This document shows, in pieces, positions 27,512 through 40,640 of a stretch of 64,000 nucleotides of DNA. Source of the DNA: Eledone cirrhosa (Eukaryota); NCBI GenBank assembly GCA_964016885.1, contig OZ024743.1, forward strand, positions 66,960,001 to 67,024,000, read 5' to 3'. The notes beneath the pieces were generated by a model. The model had not been told where the DNA came from, made no database searches, and saw nothing but the letters and a program-made list of their open reading frames with translations. Each line of letters begins with the position of its first letter. Position 1 is the first letter of the stretch. Made by a program: the position numbers and the translations under genes.

Positions 27512-28160
27512 ATTGTTTCTATTTTAGGCACAAGGCCAGCAAATACCCATTACATTACTGGTACTTTATTTTATCGACCTCGTAAGGATGAAAGGCAAAG
27601 TTAACCTCGGTGGGATTTGAACTCAGATCATAAAGGGACGTAACTCTATGCTTCACAGCATGGTGTCCGACTAGTAATAATGATAGTAAGTAGAAGTAGC
27701 GGTGGTGGTAGTATTTGTTGTAGTATTAGTAGTGATACTAGTAGTAATAAAAGTAGTAGTGGTAGTACTAGTAGTAGTTGTTGTTGAGGTTGTTGTAGTG
27801 GTGATAGTAGTGGTAGTAGTAGTAGTAGTGTAAGTAGTAGTGTAAATAAGTAGTAGTAGTGGTGGTGGTAGTAGTAGTTGTAGTATTAGTAGTGATAGTA
27901 GTAGTAGTGGTGATGGTGGTAGTAGTAGTAGTAGAAGAAGTAGCAGTTGTAGTAGTAATAGTAGTAGTAGTGATAGTAGTGGTGGTAGTGATAGCTGTAG
28001 TAGGGATATTTGTGGTGATAGTAGTTGTGGCGCTGGTGGTGGTAGTGGTAGTAGTAATGTTAGTGGTTGTAGTACTGGTGGCGTTGTTGGTGGTTGTAGT
28101 AATTGTAGCTGTGATGGTAGTGGTAGAGGTAGTAGTAGTTCTAGTGGTGGTATTAGTGGT
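27285..28160. repeat. (GTA/GTG)n tract interrupted by a SINE
   Basis: Direct inspection. Confidence 0.9.
27511..27672 (-). mobile_element. 5'-truncated SINE family 1 inside the (GTA)n tract
   Basis: Family tail and core present; ends at GCATGGTGTCCGAC. Confidence 0.9.
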
Positions 28161-28161
28161 T

Positions 28162-29365
28162 GCACTATTGTTGAGTCGCTCATGCAGCCAGTGGGGCCAT
28201 TCATGTAGTGTAGTGGATTCACACTCGCACTATTGTTGAGTCACTCATTCAGCCACTGGAGTCATTCGTGTAGTGTAGTGGAGTCACACTCGCACTATTG
28301 TTGAGTCACTCATTCAGCCACTGGAGTCATTCGTGTAGTGTAGTGGAGTCACACTCGCACTATTGTTGAGTCACTCATTCAGCCACTGGAGTCATTCGTG
28401 TAGTGTAGTGGAGTCACACTCGCACTATTGTTGAGTCACTCATTCAGCCACTGGAGTCATTCGTGTAGTGTAGTGGAGTCACACTCGCACTATTGTTGAG
28501 TCACTCATTCAGCCACTGGAGTCATTCGTGTAGTGTAGTGGAGTCGTACTCGCACTATTGTTGAGTCACTCATTCAGCCACTGGAGTCATTCGTGTAGTG
28601 TAGTGGAGTCACACTCGCACTATTGTTGAGTCACTCATTCAGCCACTGGAGTCATTCGTGTAGTGTAGTGGAGTCACACTCGCACTATTGTTGAGTCACT
28701 CATTCAGCCACTGGAGTCATTCGTCTAGTGTAGTGGAGTCACACCCGCACTATTGTTGAGTCACTCATTCAGCCACTGGAGTCATTCGTCTAGTGTAGTG
28801 GAGTCACACCCGCACTATTGTTGAGTCACTCATTCAGCCACTGGAGTCATTCGTGTAGTGTAGTGGAGTCACACTCGCACTATTGTTGAGTCACTCATTC
28901 AGCCACTGGAGTCATTCGTGTAGTGTAGTGGAGTCACACTCGCACTATTGTTGAGTCACTCAAGCAGCCAGTGGAGTCATTCGTGTAGTGTAGTGGAGTC
29001 ACACTCGCACTATTGTTGAGTCACTCATTCAGCCACTGGAGTCATTCGTGTAGTGTAGTGGAGTCACACTCGCACTATTGTTGAGTCACTCAAGCAGCCA
29101 GTGGAGTCATTCGTGTAGTGTAGTGGAGTCACACTCGCACTATTGTTGAGTCACTCAAGAGACCAGTGGAGTCATTCATGCAGTGTAGTGGAGTCACACT
29201 CGCACTATTGTTGAGTCACTCAATAGACCAGTGGAGCCATTCGTGTAGTGTAGTGGAGTCACACTCGCACTATTGTTGAGTCACTCAAGATACCAGTGGA
29301 GTCATTCATGCAGTATAGTGGAGTCACACTCGCACTATTGTTGAGTAACTCTTGTAGTGTAGTGG
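28162..29365. repeat. 65-bp minisatellite, ~18 copies
   Basis: GCACTATTGTTGAGTCACTCATTCAGCCACTGGAGTCATTCGTGTAGTGTAGTGGAGTCACACTC; starts at 28227 and 28292 give a period of 65. Confidence 0.97.
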
Positions 29366-29399
29366 CGTTATTCTTGAAGTCTAATCAATACTCTAGCTG

Positions 29400-30050
29400 T
29401 ATTGTGGTGCCACTCATATCATGTTATGACGTCATTCAAGTCAGGTTATGGCGTCACTCACGTTATGTTATGGCGTCACACATGACATATTGTGGCGTCA
29501 CTCACGTCATATTATGGCATCACTCACGTCATGTTATGGTCTCACACACGACATATTGCGGTGCCACTCACGTCATGGTATCGCGTCACTCACGTCATGG
29601 TATCGCGTCACTCACGTCATGTTATGGCGTCACTCACGTCATGTTATTGCGTCATTCACGACATATTGTGGCGTCACTCACGACATATTGTGGCGTCACT
29701 CATGACATGTTGTGGAGTCACTCGAGCTATGATGTGGCGTTAATTACATATTATGGCGTCACTCACACCATGTTATGGCGTCACTCTATCTATGTTATAG
29801 CGTCACTCTAGCTATGTTATGCCATCACTCACGACATATTGTGGTGTCACTCACGCCATGTTATGGCGTCACTCTAGCTTTGTGATGGCGACACTCACGA
29901 CCTATTGTGGCGTCACTCACCTCATGTTATGGCGTCGCTCTAACTGTGTTATCGCATCACTCACGCCATGTTATGGCGTCACTCTAGCTTTGTTACCGCA
30001 ATACTCACGCCATGTTATGGCGTCATTCTATCTACGTTATGGCGTCAAAC
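29400..30050. repeat. ~22-bp degenerate minisatellite (TTATGGCGTCACTCACGTCATG)
   Basis: Direct inspection. Confidence 0.92.
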
Positions 30051-31267
30051 TAACACATCACTGAATAGCAGCTGAGGCATTATTGGGTTACATTTGCAAC
30101 CCCCTAAAGAAGAATTTGTGGTGGCTGTAGAGTGATTCTTTCTTCTAAGATTGGAAAATTATGGAATTATCAAGTTTCACGAATCAGATATGTCATAGCC
30201 TAGTGTCATATTTATGGAGGAATGTCAGACAATTTCAATTATTTAAGAAGTCAGTGCTGTGTTGGAAGCTGGGCAAGAATTGTAAAAGAAAACCTCTAAG
30301 TCAGAGAATATTAATGGCGGCTACATTGTAACTTAATCATTTTAAAATTTCCTCGGTAATAAGCACAATTTCTAAGTTTACATCGAACACTTTGCTTCTC
30401 GATGTCCTGCACGAGGCAAACAAAATTGATGTTGAAATTCTAATCAATTTTCTTATTGGATAAAAGCCCAAGAGTATTCGATCCCATCAAAAGAGCTGTA
30501 TGTAAAGTTGAAAACGTTTTTGAAGATATGAATTTTCTTTTTTGTGTATAAGAAGTAAAAGCAATTTCATAAAATATTTGATGAATAGATCATTCCAAAA
30601 TGTCATCCCAATATAATATCCTTTCATCATTGCATACATCGTTCCAATATAATATCCTTTCATCAATGCATACATCATTCCAAGATACAAACGTTGCTTT
30701 GACTTAAGTGCGAAATAATTTACACGTTGAAAGATGATAACAAAAATGACATCGAAGATAAATTTTGATCATTTCATTTTCACACATATATTCGTGAACA
30801 AAGAACAGCCACAAATTTATGAAGTGACATTACAAAAAGCAACAAACGAAGCTGTTGTAAGATGTTGGGGGAAATTTCAATGTACAATTTCTATGTATAG
30901 AAGTTGAAAACTAAACGAAATTATTTTCTAAAGATATTTCAGTAACACGCCGTTTCGAAAGTCGACAGCCAACATTTTTCATTGAATGGCCATCGAGAAT
31001 TATTCCAAATATATGTATTGTAATAGAAAATAATACAATTTTATTATTGTCATACGCAGTAGTGTTGAATCAATCGTGACACATTGTGACTGATAGATCA
31101 TGGAAGATATATCAAGATTCTTCATTATATAACTCGAAGAGTTATATACAAAATATATTTCATGTAACTCAGATAAGCTGCAGCCGATTAAAACAAATAG
31201 CAATCACTAAATAAGTACGGTTGTTTTAATAGTTCCCTCGTTCAAGATATGTAGAAAGTGTACAACA

Positions 31268-31308
<41 letters not shown>

Positions 31309-31360
31309 GAATGAGTGAAGAATAACATGGTCAACAGTACAAAAAGGGTTTTATTTACAG

Positions 31361-31462
31361 TATTAACAATTGTTTCATTGATTAGTGTGTCTCAAAATTG
31401 ATAATCACTTGAAGTTGTGTCACTCAATTTTAAATACAATGTATGCCTAATCAAATCATCGG

Positions 31463-31466
<4 letters not shown>
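31361..31466 (-). ncRNA. Hammerhead-like motif with extended stem II and one core substitution
   Basis: Minus strand: tatt-CCGATGA-tttgattag...ctaatcaat-GAAA-caattg-TT-aata. Stem I 4 bp, stem II 8 bp. Lies between (TA)n tracts. Confidence 0.55.
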
Positions 31467-31543
<77 letters not shown>

Positions 31544-31772
31544 TATATGTATATATATGATATATATTATATATTATATATATAGTATATATATCATATA
31601 TATAATATATATATCATATATATATATTATAATATACATATTATATATATATATAATATATATCATTATGTATAATATACATATATATATATATGTATAT
31701 ATATATATACATGTATTATACATAATGAATATATATATATATATATATTCACCGCCCATATATATATACATA

Positions 31773-31900
31773 ATTGTTTCTACTTTAATCACAAGACCAG
31801 CAATTAACCAGTGCATTACTGGTACTTTATTTTATCGACCCCGTAAGGATGAAAGGCAAAGTTAACCTCGGCGGGATTTGAACTCAGATCATAAAGGGAT
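31773..31900 (-). mobile_element. 5'-truncated SINE family 1
   Basis: Family tail, core and B box. Confidence 0.88.
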
Positions 31901-32103
31901 ATATATATAATGAGAGCGAGAGAGATTTTTTGTAATGGTTTCAGTAATTAGACATCATGCATGCAGGGCCACCGCATGCAAGGGAATTAGTTACTCGGTA
32001 CGAAAGCATGCGGTTACGAAGAGATCACCTTAACCACATATCTAGGACTCTGTGTATATGTAATTAAATATATATATGATGCAATACTGATTCTTTGTTC
32101 CGC

Positions 32104-32182
<79 letters not shown>

Positions 32183-32375
32183 ATGTGTATATATATATTA
32201 TAATAATAAAAGTAACGAAGATTGGTGGTATTAATTCAAGGTTCTCCGGCCGGCGTCTATCTCACTCAATGCATCTGCCGAATTGCAGTAATCCAGCTGC
32301 AATCAGCTGTTGAGAGAGCACACATTTACTTAATTGCAGATGCGGTGGTTGTGTTTTATATATATCAATATCGAT

Positions 32376-32463
32376 CTGTTACGTGCGTTTCGCAGAAGAT
32401 TCGCTCAGGGTCATCTATAGAAGTTATGGAAACAATTCCACTATTGAGCTGCTCATCAGACTG
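32376..32463 (-). ncRNA. Type-I hammerhead ribozyme motif with intact core
   Basis: Minus strand: cagt-CTGATGA-gcag...ctgc-GAAA-cgcacg-TA-acag. G10.1-C11.1 pair and GUA triplet present; stem I short with one mismatch. Confidence 0.72.
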
Positions 32464-32509
32464 GCGATGCAACAACAATTACTTACACTATATATATATA
32501 CATATATAT

Positions 32510-32586
<77 letters not shown>

Positions 32587-32717
32587 GAGAGAGAGAGTGA
32601 AAGAGAGAAAGTGATATACGTGTATATATACATATATATACTATACGCACATATGCGCACACACACATCATTATATATCTGCATGTGTGTAAGATTATTT
32701 ACAACTATAGACTCTCA

Positions 32718-32770
<53 letters not shown>

Positions 32771-32775
32771 ATATA

Positions 32776-32826
<51 letters not shown>

Positions 32827-32886
32827 GTATATATATATGTGTGTGTGTATGTTTATTTGTTTGTCTATATGTGTACGTCTCTGTGC

Positions 32887-32921
<35 letters not shown>

Positions 32922-33064
32922 AGGGAGAGAGAGAGAGAGAGAGAGAGTGTGTGAGATAGAGAGAGAGAGTAAAATTACTCCAACAGGCATTGATTTCAAG
33001 GAATGGGGTTCACATTCCTTTCAATTATTGAAACGGCTGTTCCTTTGATTTTTTGAGAAAATTT

Positions 33065-33264
33065 TCTCACCACTACCCCTCGCCCTACTACTGCACCCTC
33101 CACAGACACTATCACCTCCAATAGTAATACTATAACCACAACCAACACCAGCCCTACCATAACCACTAACATCATCAGTATCGACACCGCCACGGTGAAC
33201 ACAGCCACAGGCAATGTCATAAATAACTACTAATACTACTACTGCCACCACTACTGCTACCACC

Positions 33265-33319
<55 letters not shown>

Positions 33320-35100
33320 TCACTACTGCTACCACTACTACCAACACGACCACAACCATCACTACTGCTACCACTACTACCACCACGACCACGACCACCA
33401 CTATTGCTACCACTACTACCACCACGACCACGACCACCACTACTAATACTATTACTACTACTACTACTACCACGACCACGACCACGACCACGACCACCAC
33501 TATTGCTACCACTACTACCACCACGACCACGACCACCACTACTGCAACCACCACCACTACTACTACTACTACCACTACTATCACCACCACTACTGCTATT
33601 TACAAGAAAGCCACACATATTCAAAAACATACACTCTCTCATCCACACACATATACCCATATATATACACACACACGCACAATGGGCATTCATACTTATA
33701 TTTATAGACACAACCACATAACCACTACCAAGACCATCACCACAACAATTAGCACAACTACTACTACTACGACGACGACGACCACCACCACCACCACCAC
33801 CATAACAACAACAACAACAATCACCACCACCACCACTACTACCACCACCACCACCACCACCACCACCACCACCATCATAAAATCAACAACAACAATCACC
33901 ACCACCACCACCACCAGTACCACCACCATCACCACCACCAGTACCACCACCAGTACCACCACCGTCACCACCCCCACCCCCACCACCACTACCATCACCA
34001 CCACCTATATCAACACAACCAGCACCACCTACACCAACATCACCACCACCACTTCCAGTACCACCACCACCACCACCTACATCAACACAAGCACCACCAC
34101 CTACACCAACATCACCACCACCACTACCAGTACCACCACCACCACCACCACCTACATCAACACAACCACCACCACCTACACCAACACAACCACCACCACC
34201 ACCCTACATCAACACAACCACCACCACCTACACCAACACCAACACCACCACCACCACCACCAGTACCACCACCACCACCTACACCACCACCAGTACCACC
34301 ACCACTACAATCACTACCACCACCACCACCACTGCTACAACCAACAATAACAGAAACAATACCAGGTTGTGTTGGTGGTGAATATTCGTAGGTGTGTAGT
34401 GCTTGGGGTAATATGTATTGGTGGATGTGTGATGATGGTAAAATGGTGGTGGTGTTGTAGTGGTTGTTGTCATGGTTGTGATAATGTGACGACGGTGGTG
34501 TGATGATGTTGCGGTATTGATGAGGTGTGTGGTGGTGTTGTGGTGGTGGTGTTGTTGTAGTGTCGATGAGGTGTGGTGGTGGTGGTGGTGTTGTAGTGTT
34601 GGTGTGGTGGTGGTGTTGTAGTGTTGATGAAGTGTGTGGTGGTGTTGTGGTGGTGGTGTTGGGTGGTGTTGGTGGTGCCGTAGTGTTGATCTTGTGGTGG
34701 TGGTGGTGTTGTGATAGTAGCGTTGTAGTGTTGATAAGGTGTGTGGTGGTGTTTTGGTGGTGGTGTTGTGATGGTGGCGTTGTAGTGTTGGTCGTGTGGT
34801 GTTGTGGTGGGGGTGTTGTAATGGTGGCGTTGTAGTGTTGGTCTTGTGGTGGTGATGTTTTGGTGGTGGTGTTGCAGTGTTGATGAGGTGTGTGGTGGTG
34901 TTGTGATGGTGGTGTTGTAGTCTTGGTCTTGTGGTGGTGGTGTTGTAGTGTTGATGAGGTGTGTGGTGGTGTTGTGATGGTGGTGTTGTGATGGTGGTGT
35001 TGTAGTGTGGGCCTTGTGGTGGTGGGGTTGTAATGTTGATCTTGTGGTGGTGAGGTTGAAGTGTTGATCTTATGGTGGTGGTGTTTTGATGGTGTTCTAG
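33065..35100. repeat. ACC/ACT tracts switching to GGT/GTT tracts at ~34360
   Basis: Direct inspection. Confidence 0.9.
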
Positions 35101-35299
35101 TGGTAATACTGTAGTGGTTTGTAGTAATGGTTGTTATGATCGTTTGTTTCAGTGGCTCTGGTGGTGGTGTTGTTGTGTAGGTGATGGGATGTGTGCGTGT
35201 AGGGTAATTTAGAATAGGGCAGAGGTCGACGATGGGAGGAAGTTAGGGGTAAAAGACGTAGATGTAGGGGGTTATCTCTCTCTCTCTCTCTTTCTTTCC

Positions 35300-35345
<46 letters not shown>

Positions 35346-35439
35346 ATAATAATAAATTTGAAGTCTAAAATCCAAAGAGGGCTCGATAAGGATAAATATA
35401 TATCAAATATATAAGAACCGTACAGCAAATATTTATTAT

Positions 35440-35711
35440 ATAACAGATTAAAGTTTAAGCAAAGAATCGCTGCTTTCACCCTTAACGGGATCTTCTGAAA
35501 CTAACAAAGTCAATCTGTGAACGCAGAAGTAAATATTTCAAAAAAAACGTTGCAACCGGAGGAAAACAGGAAGACGATACTTTACGAACCAATATATCGG
35601 CAACGTTTTTTGAAATATTTACTTCTGCGTTCACAGATTGACTATGTTAGTTTCAGAAGATCCCGTTAAGGGTGAAAGCAGCGATTCTTTGCTTAAACTT
35701 TAATCTGTTAT
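35440..35711. mobile_element. Palindromic cassette with ~112-bp arms and a ~46-bp spacer, between (TA)n tracts
   Basis: 35440-35553 is a near-perfect reverse complement of 35600-35711. Confidence 0.8.
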
Positions 35712-35719
35712 TTACTAAA

Positions 35720-36433
<714 letters not shown>

Positions 36434-36506
36434 TGATGGTAGCTAAGATGCTTCCATAGGCGGTATGCCGGTTGAGCACTCTATACTCTTACAGAGCAGA
36501 GTATGA

Positions 36507-36742
36507 TGGAATAGAAAACGAAAAATCGGTGATGCATCTGAACTCAATTTATTGTGTGTTACAATTGTTTCGCCGGCGGACAGAGAATATGGTCCGAAAT
36601 CATTAGACGTGTCCGTCGAACCTGCGGGTTCAGAATCAGACAGATCCACACGATGATAGCTTCTCGAGCTGTCCGCCGGCGAAACAATTGTAACACACAA
36701 TAAATTGAGTTCAGATGCATCACTGATTTTTCGTTTTCTATT

Positions 36743-36745
<3 letters not shown>
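36507..36745. mobile_element. Palindromic cassette, 77-bp arms carrying hammerhead 3' halves, between (TA)n and (CA)n
   Basis: 36507-36583 versus 36669-36745. Each arm contains GAAA-caattg-TA-acac. Confidence 0.8.
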
Positions 36746-36820
<75 letters not shown>

Positions 36821-36832
36821 TTATATATATAC

Positions 36833-36939
<107 letters not shown>

Positions 36940-37070
36940 TGTAGGCTTGAAGGAACAAACTTGAAAAATAAATTTCAATACACGAATGGTGGAGCTTAAA
37001 GGCATTTTTAAAAAAATAGCTCCGTAAGAACATTCATCAGGTTACGTATGTCACTGATGTCACTTTATAG

Positions 37071-37732
<662 letters not shown>

Positions 37733-37872
37733 AAAGGTTAAACAGGGTTCAATGAATAAATCTAAGAATAAAGTTTTACAAAATATTAGAAGCACTCCAC
37801 TGAAATGGTTTTCCGGAGTTATTAATATTAATTCAAAATATTAACAAAAATAGACATTCGTGTGATCAAGTA

Positions 37873-37939
37873 TATTTTATTATACATATTTCAGTGGTAT
37901 TGAGCTATCTTCAACAGTACGTCCTCATCAGATAAAATA
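37873..37939 (-). ncRNA. Type-I hammerhead ribozyme motif (left-arm copy)
   Basis: Reverse complement of the 38036-38102 motif with one stem II substitution. Confidence 0.72.
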
Positions 37940-38035
37940 AGATGATGCATGACTAAGTAGATGGTTAAAATTCAGTCATGGCAGTGTGACTGAATTTTAA
38001 CCATCTACTTAGTCAGGGCATGTCATCCATCATCT

Positions 38036-38102
38036 TATTTTATCTGATGAGGACGTACTGTTGAAGATAGCTCAGTACCACTGAAATATGTATAATAAAA
38101 TA
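38036..38102 (+). ncRNA. Type-I hammerhead ribozyme motif with intact core
   Basis: tattttat-CTGATGA-ggac-gtactg-(12 nt)-cagtac-cact-GAAA-tatgta-TA-ataaaata. Stem I 8 bp, stem II core 6 bp, AUA triplet. Confidence 0.78.
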
Positions 38103-38142
38103 TACTTGATCACACGAATGTCTATTTTTGTTATATTTTGAA

Positions 38143-38208
<66 letters not shown>

Positions 38209-38785
38209 GTAAGTGAACAACACGGAATATAACTATTCCATTACCAAAGTTTTCTGCATAACAGACGATAATATTATACGTCTCGATCGTTCGTCAGACA
38301 GAGATGTTATAGAAAAAAGATATGAAATAAGATTTAAAATCTGTTAAAAATTGGAAGTGAGGCTGGAATAATAACGGGAAATATACATAAGAAAATAAGG
38401 GTAAGAAAACTAATATATAAAAAATATATAATATATAAAAATAAAAATATATAGCAATATAGAAGAAGACACATGTGTACATACATATACACACACATAC
38501 ACACATTCAGATAAAATGAAAAAAAATATATATATGTATATATACATACATGCATATACACACACATATATATATATACACAAACATACATGTACTCGGA
38601 CATACACACATATATATATATATATATAAATGCAATCTGTGTTTTTCGAATATTAATAATAATTTTCAATTCAATTGCAATTATGCAAACAGCTTTTTTT
38701 TTTAAGTCATATCAGTAGAATTGAATATTATTATTAATATCTGAAAAACTCAGATTACATTTATTGTATTCAGCCATGTAGAGCG

Positions 38786-38892
<107 letters not shown>

Positions 38893-38947
38893 CATATATT
38901 TATATATATATACATAGGATTTTAATTACCTGTTTAAACATTCTCTA

Positions 38948-38994
38948 TGCTCTGATGAAATTAGACATCCGTCTGGGAGAAACAATTGTCAGCA
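38948..38994 (+). ncRNA. Minimal type-I hammerhead ribozyme motif
   Basis: tgct-CTGATGA-aatt-agac-atcc-gtct-ggga-GAAA-caattg-TC-agca. GUC triplet, stem I 4 bp, base of stem II mismatched. Confidence 0.7.
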
Positions 38995-39165
38995 ATTAAA
39001 TGTATTAAACTAAGATTGTTTTAATATCTTTTATCTCGGCTCTATAATACATTTGATCATTTGCATTGACCCTTTTCTCCTACCGGTAACTTGCTAGTAC
39101 ATAATACTACCTTCCATATTTATAATTGTATATAAAACATATATAAGTATCCATATTATTATTAC

Positions 39166-39208
<43 letters not shown>

Positions 39209-39215
<7 letters not shown>

Positions 39216-39655
39216 ATACTTGGGGAGGGTCATATTTGCGTAATGTTGCCAGAATTAATAACAGAACACACTCACTGTTAAAAAAAAAAAAAATATATAG
39301 ACAGACTGAATAAAAAATGGCGTAGACATACAACACAACAGGAGGAAAAAATATAACACCACTGACGATGTTGCAGATGTGCAACGAAAGATTTATGTAA
39401 ATTATGTAAACTATATATATGTGTTTGTGTCTATATTGTATCTGTATTATTTTTGACCGTCGGTCAGTCAATGGCAACATTGAGGACCGAGTAAGTTAGA
39501 TCGCAGATATAAAAGACAGCGAGAAGCGAAAACCAACCAAACAGTGAGTGTGTTCTGTTATTAATTCTGGCAATATTACGCAAATATGACCCTCCCCAAG
39601 TATAACAATATCTGTTTCGACACACGATTTCATATAAAAAACCTCGCTAAACTAT
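39209..39655. mobile_element. IR family copy B (~70-bp arms, ~260-bp spacer, one-sided extension) between (TA)n
   Basis: TTGTTATACTTGGGGAGGGTCATAT...CACTGTT at 39209-39278 versus 39540-39610. Confidence 0.8.
39359..39397 (+). ncRNA. Degenerate hammerhead-like motif in the spacer of IR copy B
   Basis: ca-CTGACGA-t-gttgca-gatg-tgcaac-GAAA-gatt-TA-tg. Perfect 6-bp stem II, only 2 bp of stem I. Confidence 0.45.
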
Positions 39656-39914
39656 ATATATATATAATTATTAAAAAAGGTAAGGTAAGAGCTGATCATC
39701 AAGTTTATTCTTATGTCAATACTTCGTTACTCATCTCCTGGCGGGAGGAGATGGGATTTGAATTTAGAACATTCAAAGCTGAATCGGATACTGCAGGACA
39801 CCATGTCTGACTCATTAGCAATATGGTCAATCTTGCTGTCCTGTTGACTGGACCTTTATTCATCGTCCCTCAAACGATGAAATTCACAGTTGTCTTCGAC
39901 AGGATTTGAGCTAT

Positions 39915-40405
39915 ATGTGCAGCCTCCCGGAATAAATACAGACATTTAATCCACCTCTGTAACGACCCTACAACCACGCCAGATGGAGTACTAGTCTGAC
40001 ATTTGGGCTTACTGTGCAGCCCCCCCCCCCGGAATAAATACAGACATTTAATCCACCTCTGTAACGACCCTACAACCACGCAAGATGGAGTACTAGTCTC
40101 ACATTTGGGCTTACTGTGCAGCCTCCCGGAATAAATACAGACATTTAATCCACCTCTGTAACGACCCTACAGCCACGCCAGATGGAGTACTAGTCTCACA
40201 TTTGGGCTTACTGTGCAGCCTCCCGGAATAAATACAGACATTTAATCCACCTCTGTAACGACCCTACAACCACGCAAGATGGAGTACTAGTCTCACATTT
40301 GGGCTTACTGTGCAGCCCCCCCCCCCGGAATAAATACAGATATTTAATCCACCTCTGTAACGACCCTACAACCACGCAAGATGGAGTACTAGTCTCACGT
40401 TTGGG
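39915..40405. repeat. ~97-102-bp tandem repeat, 5 copies
   Basis: GGAATAAATACAGACATTTAATCCACCTCTGTAACGACCCTACAACCACG recurs five times. Length varies in a poly-C run. Confidence 0.96.
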
Positions 40406-40640
40406 ACCATGTTGCTACACCCACAGAATATTTGACAATACCTAAGGAAATTTCGAGTTGGTCATGGCTAGGACGCTTTTGGTAATATGTCTGCTGAACT
40501 ACATTGTGGCTAAATAACCCCTGTGAGGTCTCTGGTCAGTATAGCAGATCCGCTTACATTCTCTGTTAGGTTTAGAGATCTTACAATGATTATCATGCTA
40601 GCCGTAAACCTTTGACTGTGTTTAAGATACTTATCTATAA

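Larger units (their letters stand above)
37825..38149. mobile_element. Palindromic cassette, ~153-bp arms, each carrying a hammerhead ribozyme
   Basis: 37825-37978 versus 37987-38149, near perfect apart from a small indel. Abuts (TA)n. Confidence 0.85.

Noticed and set aside
30330-31260. Possible decayed Penelope or other TE body with TCAATGA...GAAAcggcg at ~30945-30985 (minus)
   Set aside because: No recognisable RT or GIY-YIG motif by eye and too many core mismatches. Only a 36-bp tandem duplication (~30608-30684) is clear.
36960-37046. Minus-strand CTGATGA...ggagct/agctcc...GAAA
   Set aside because: Stems I and III cannot be formed convincingly.
38270-38302. Minus-strand CTGACGA-acgatc-GAGA-cg-TA
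   Set aside because: GAAA is mutated, stem I does not pair and stem II is negligible.
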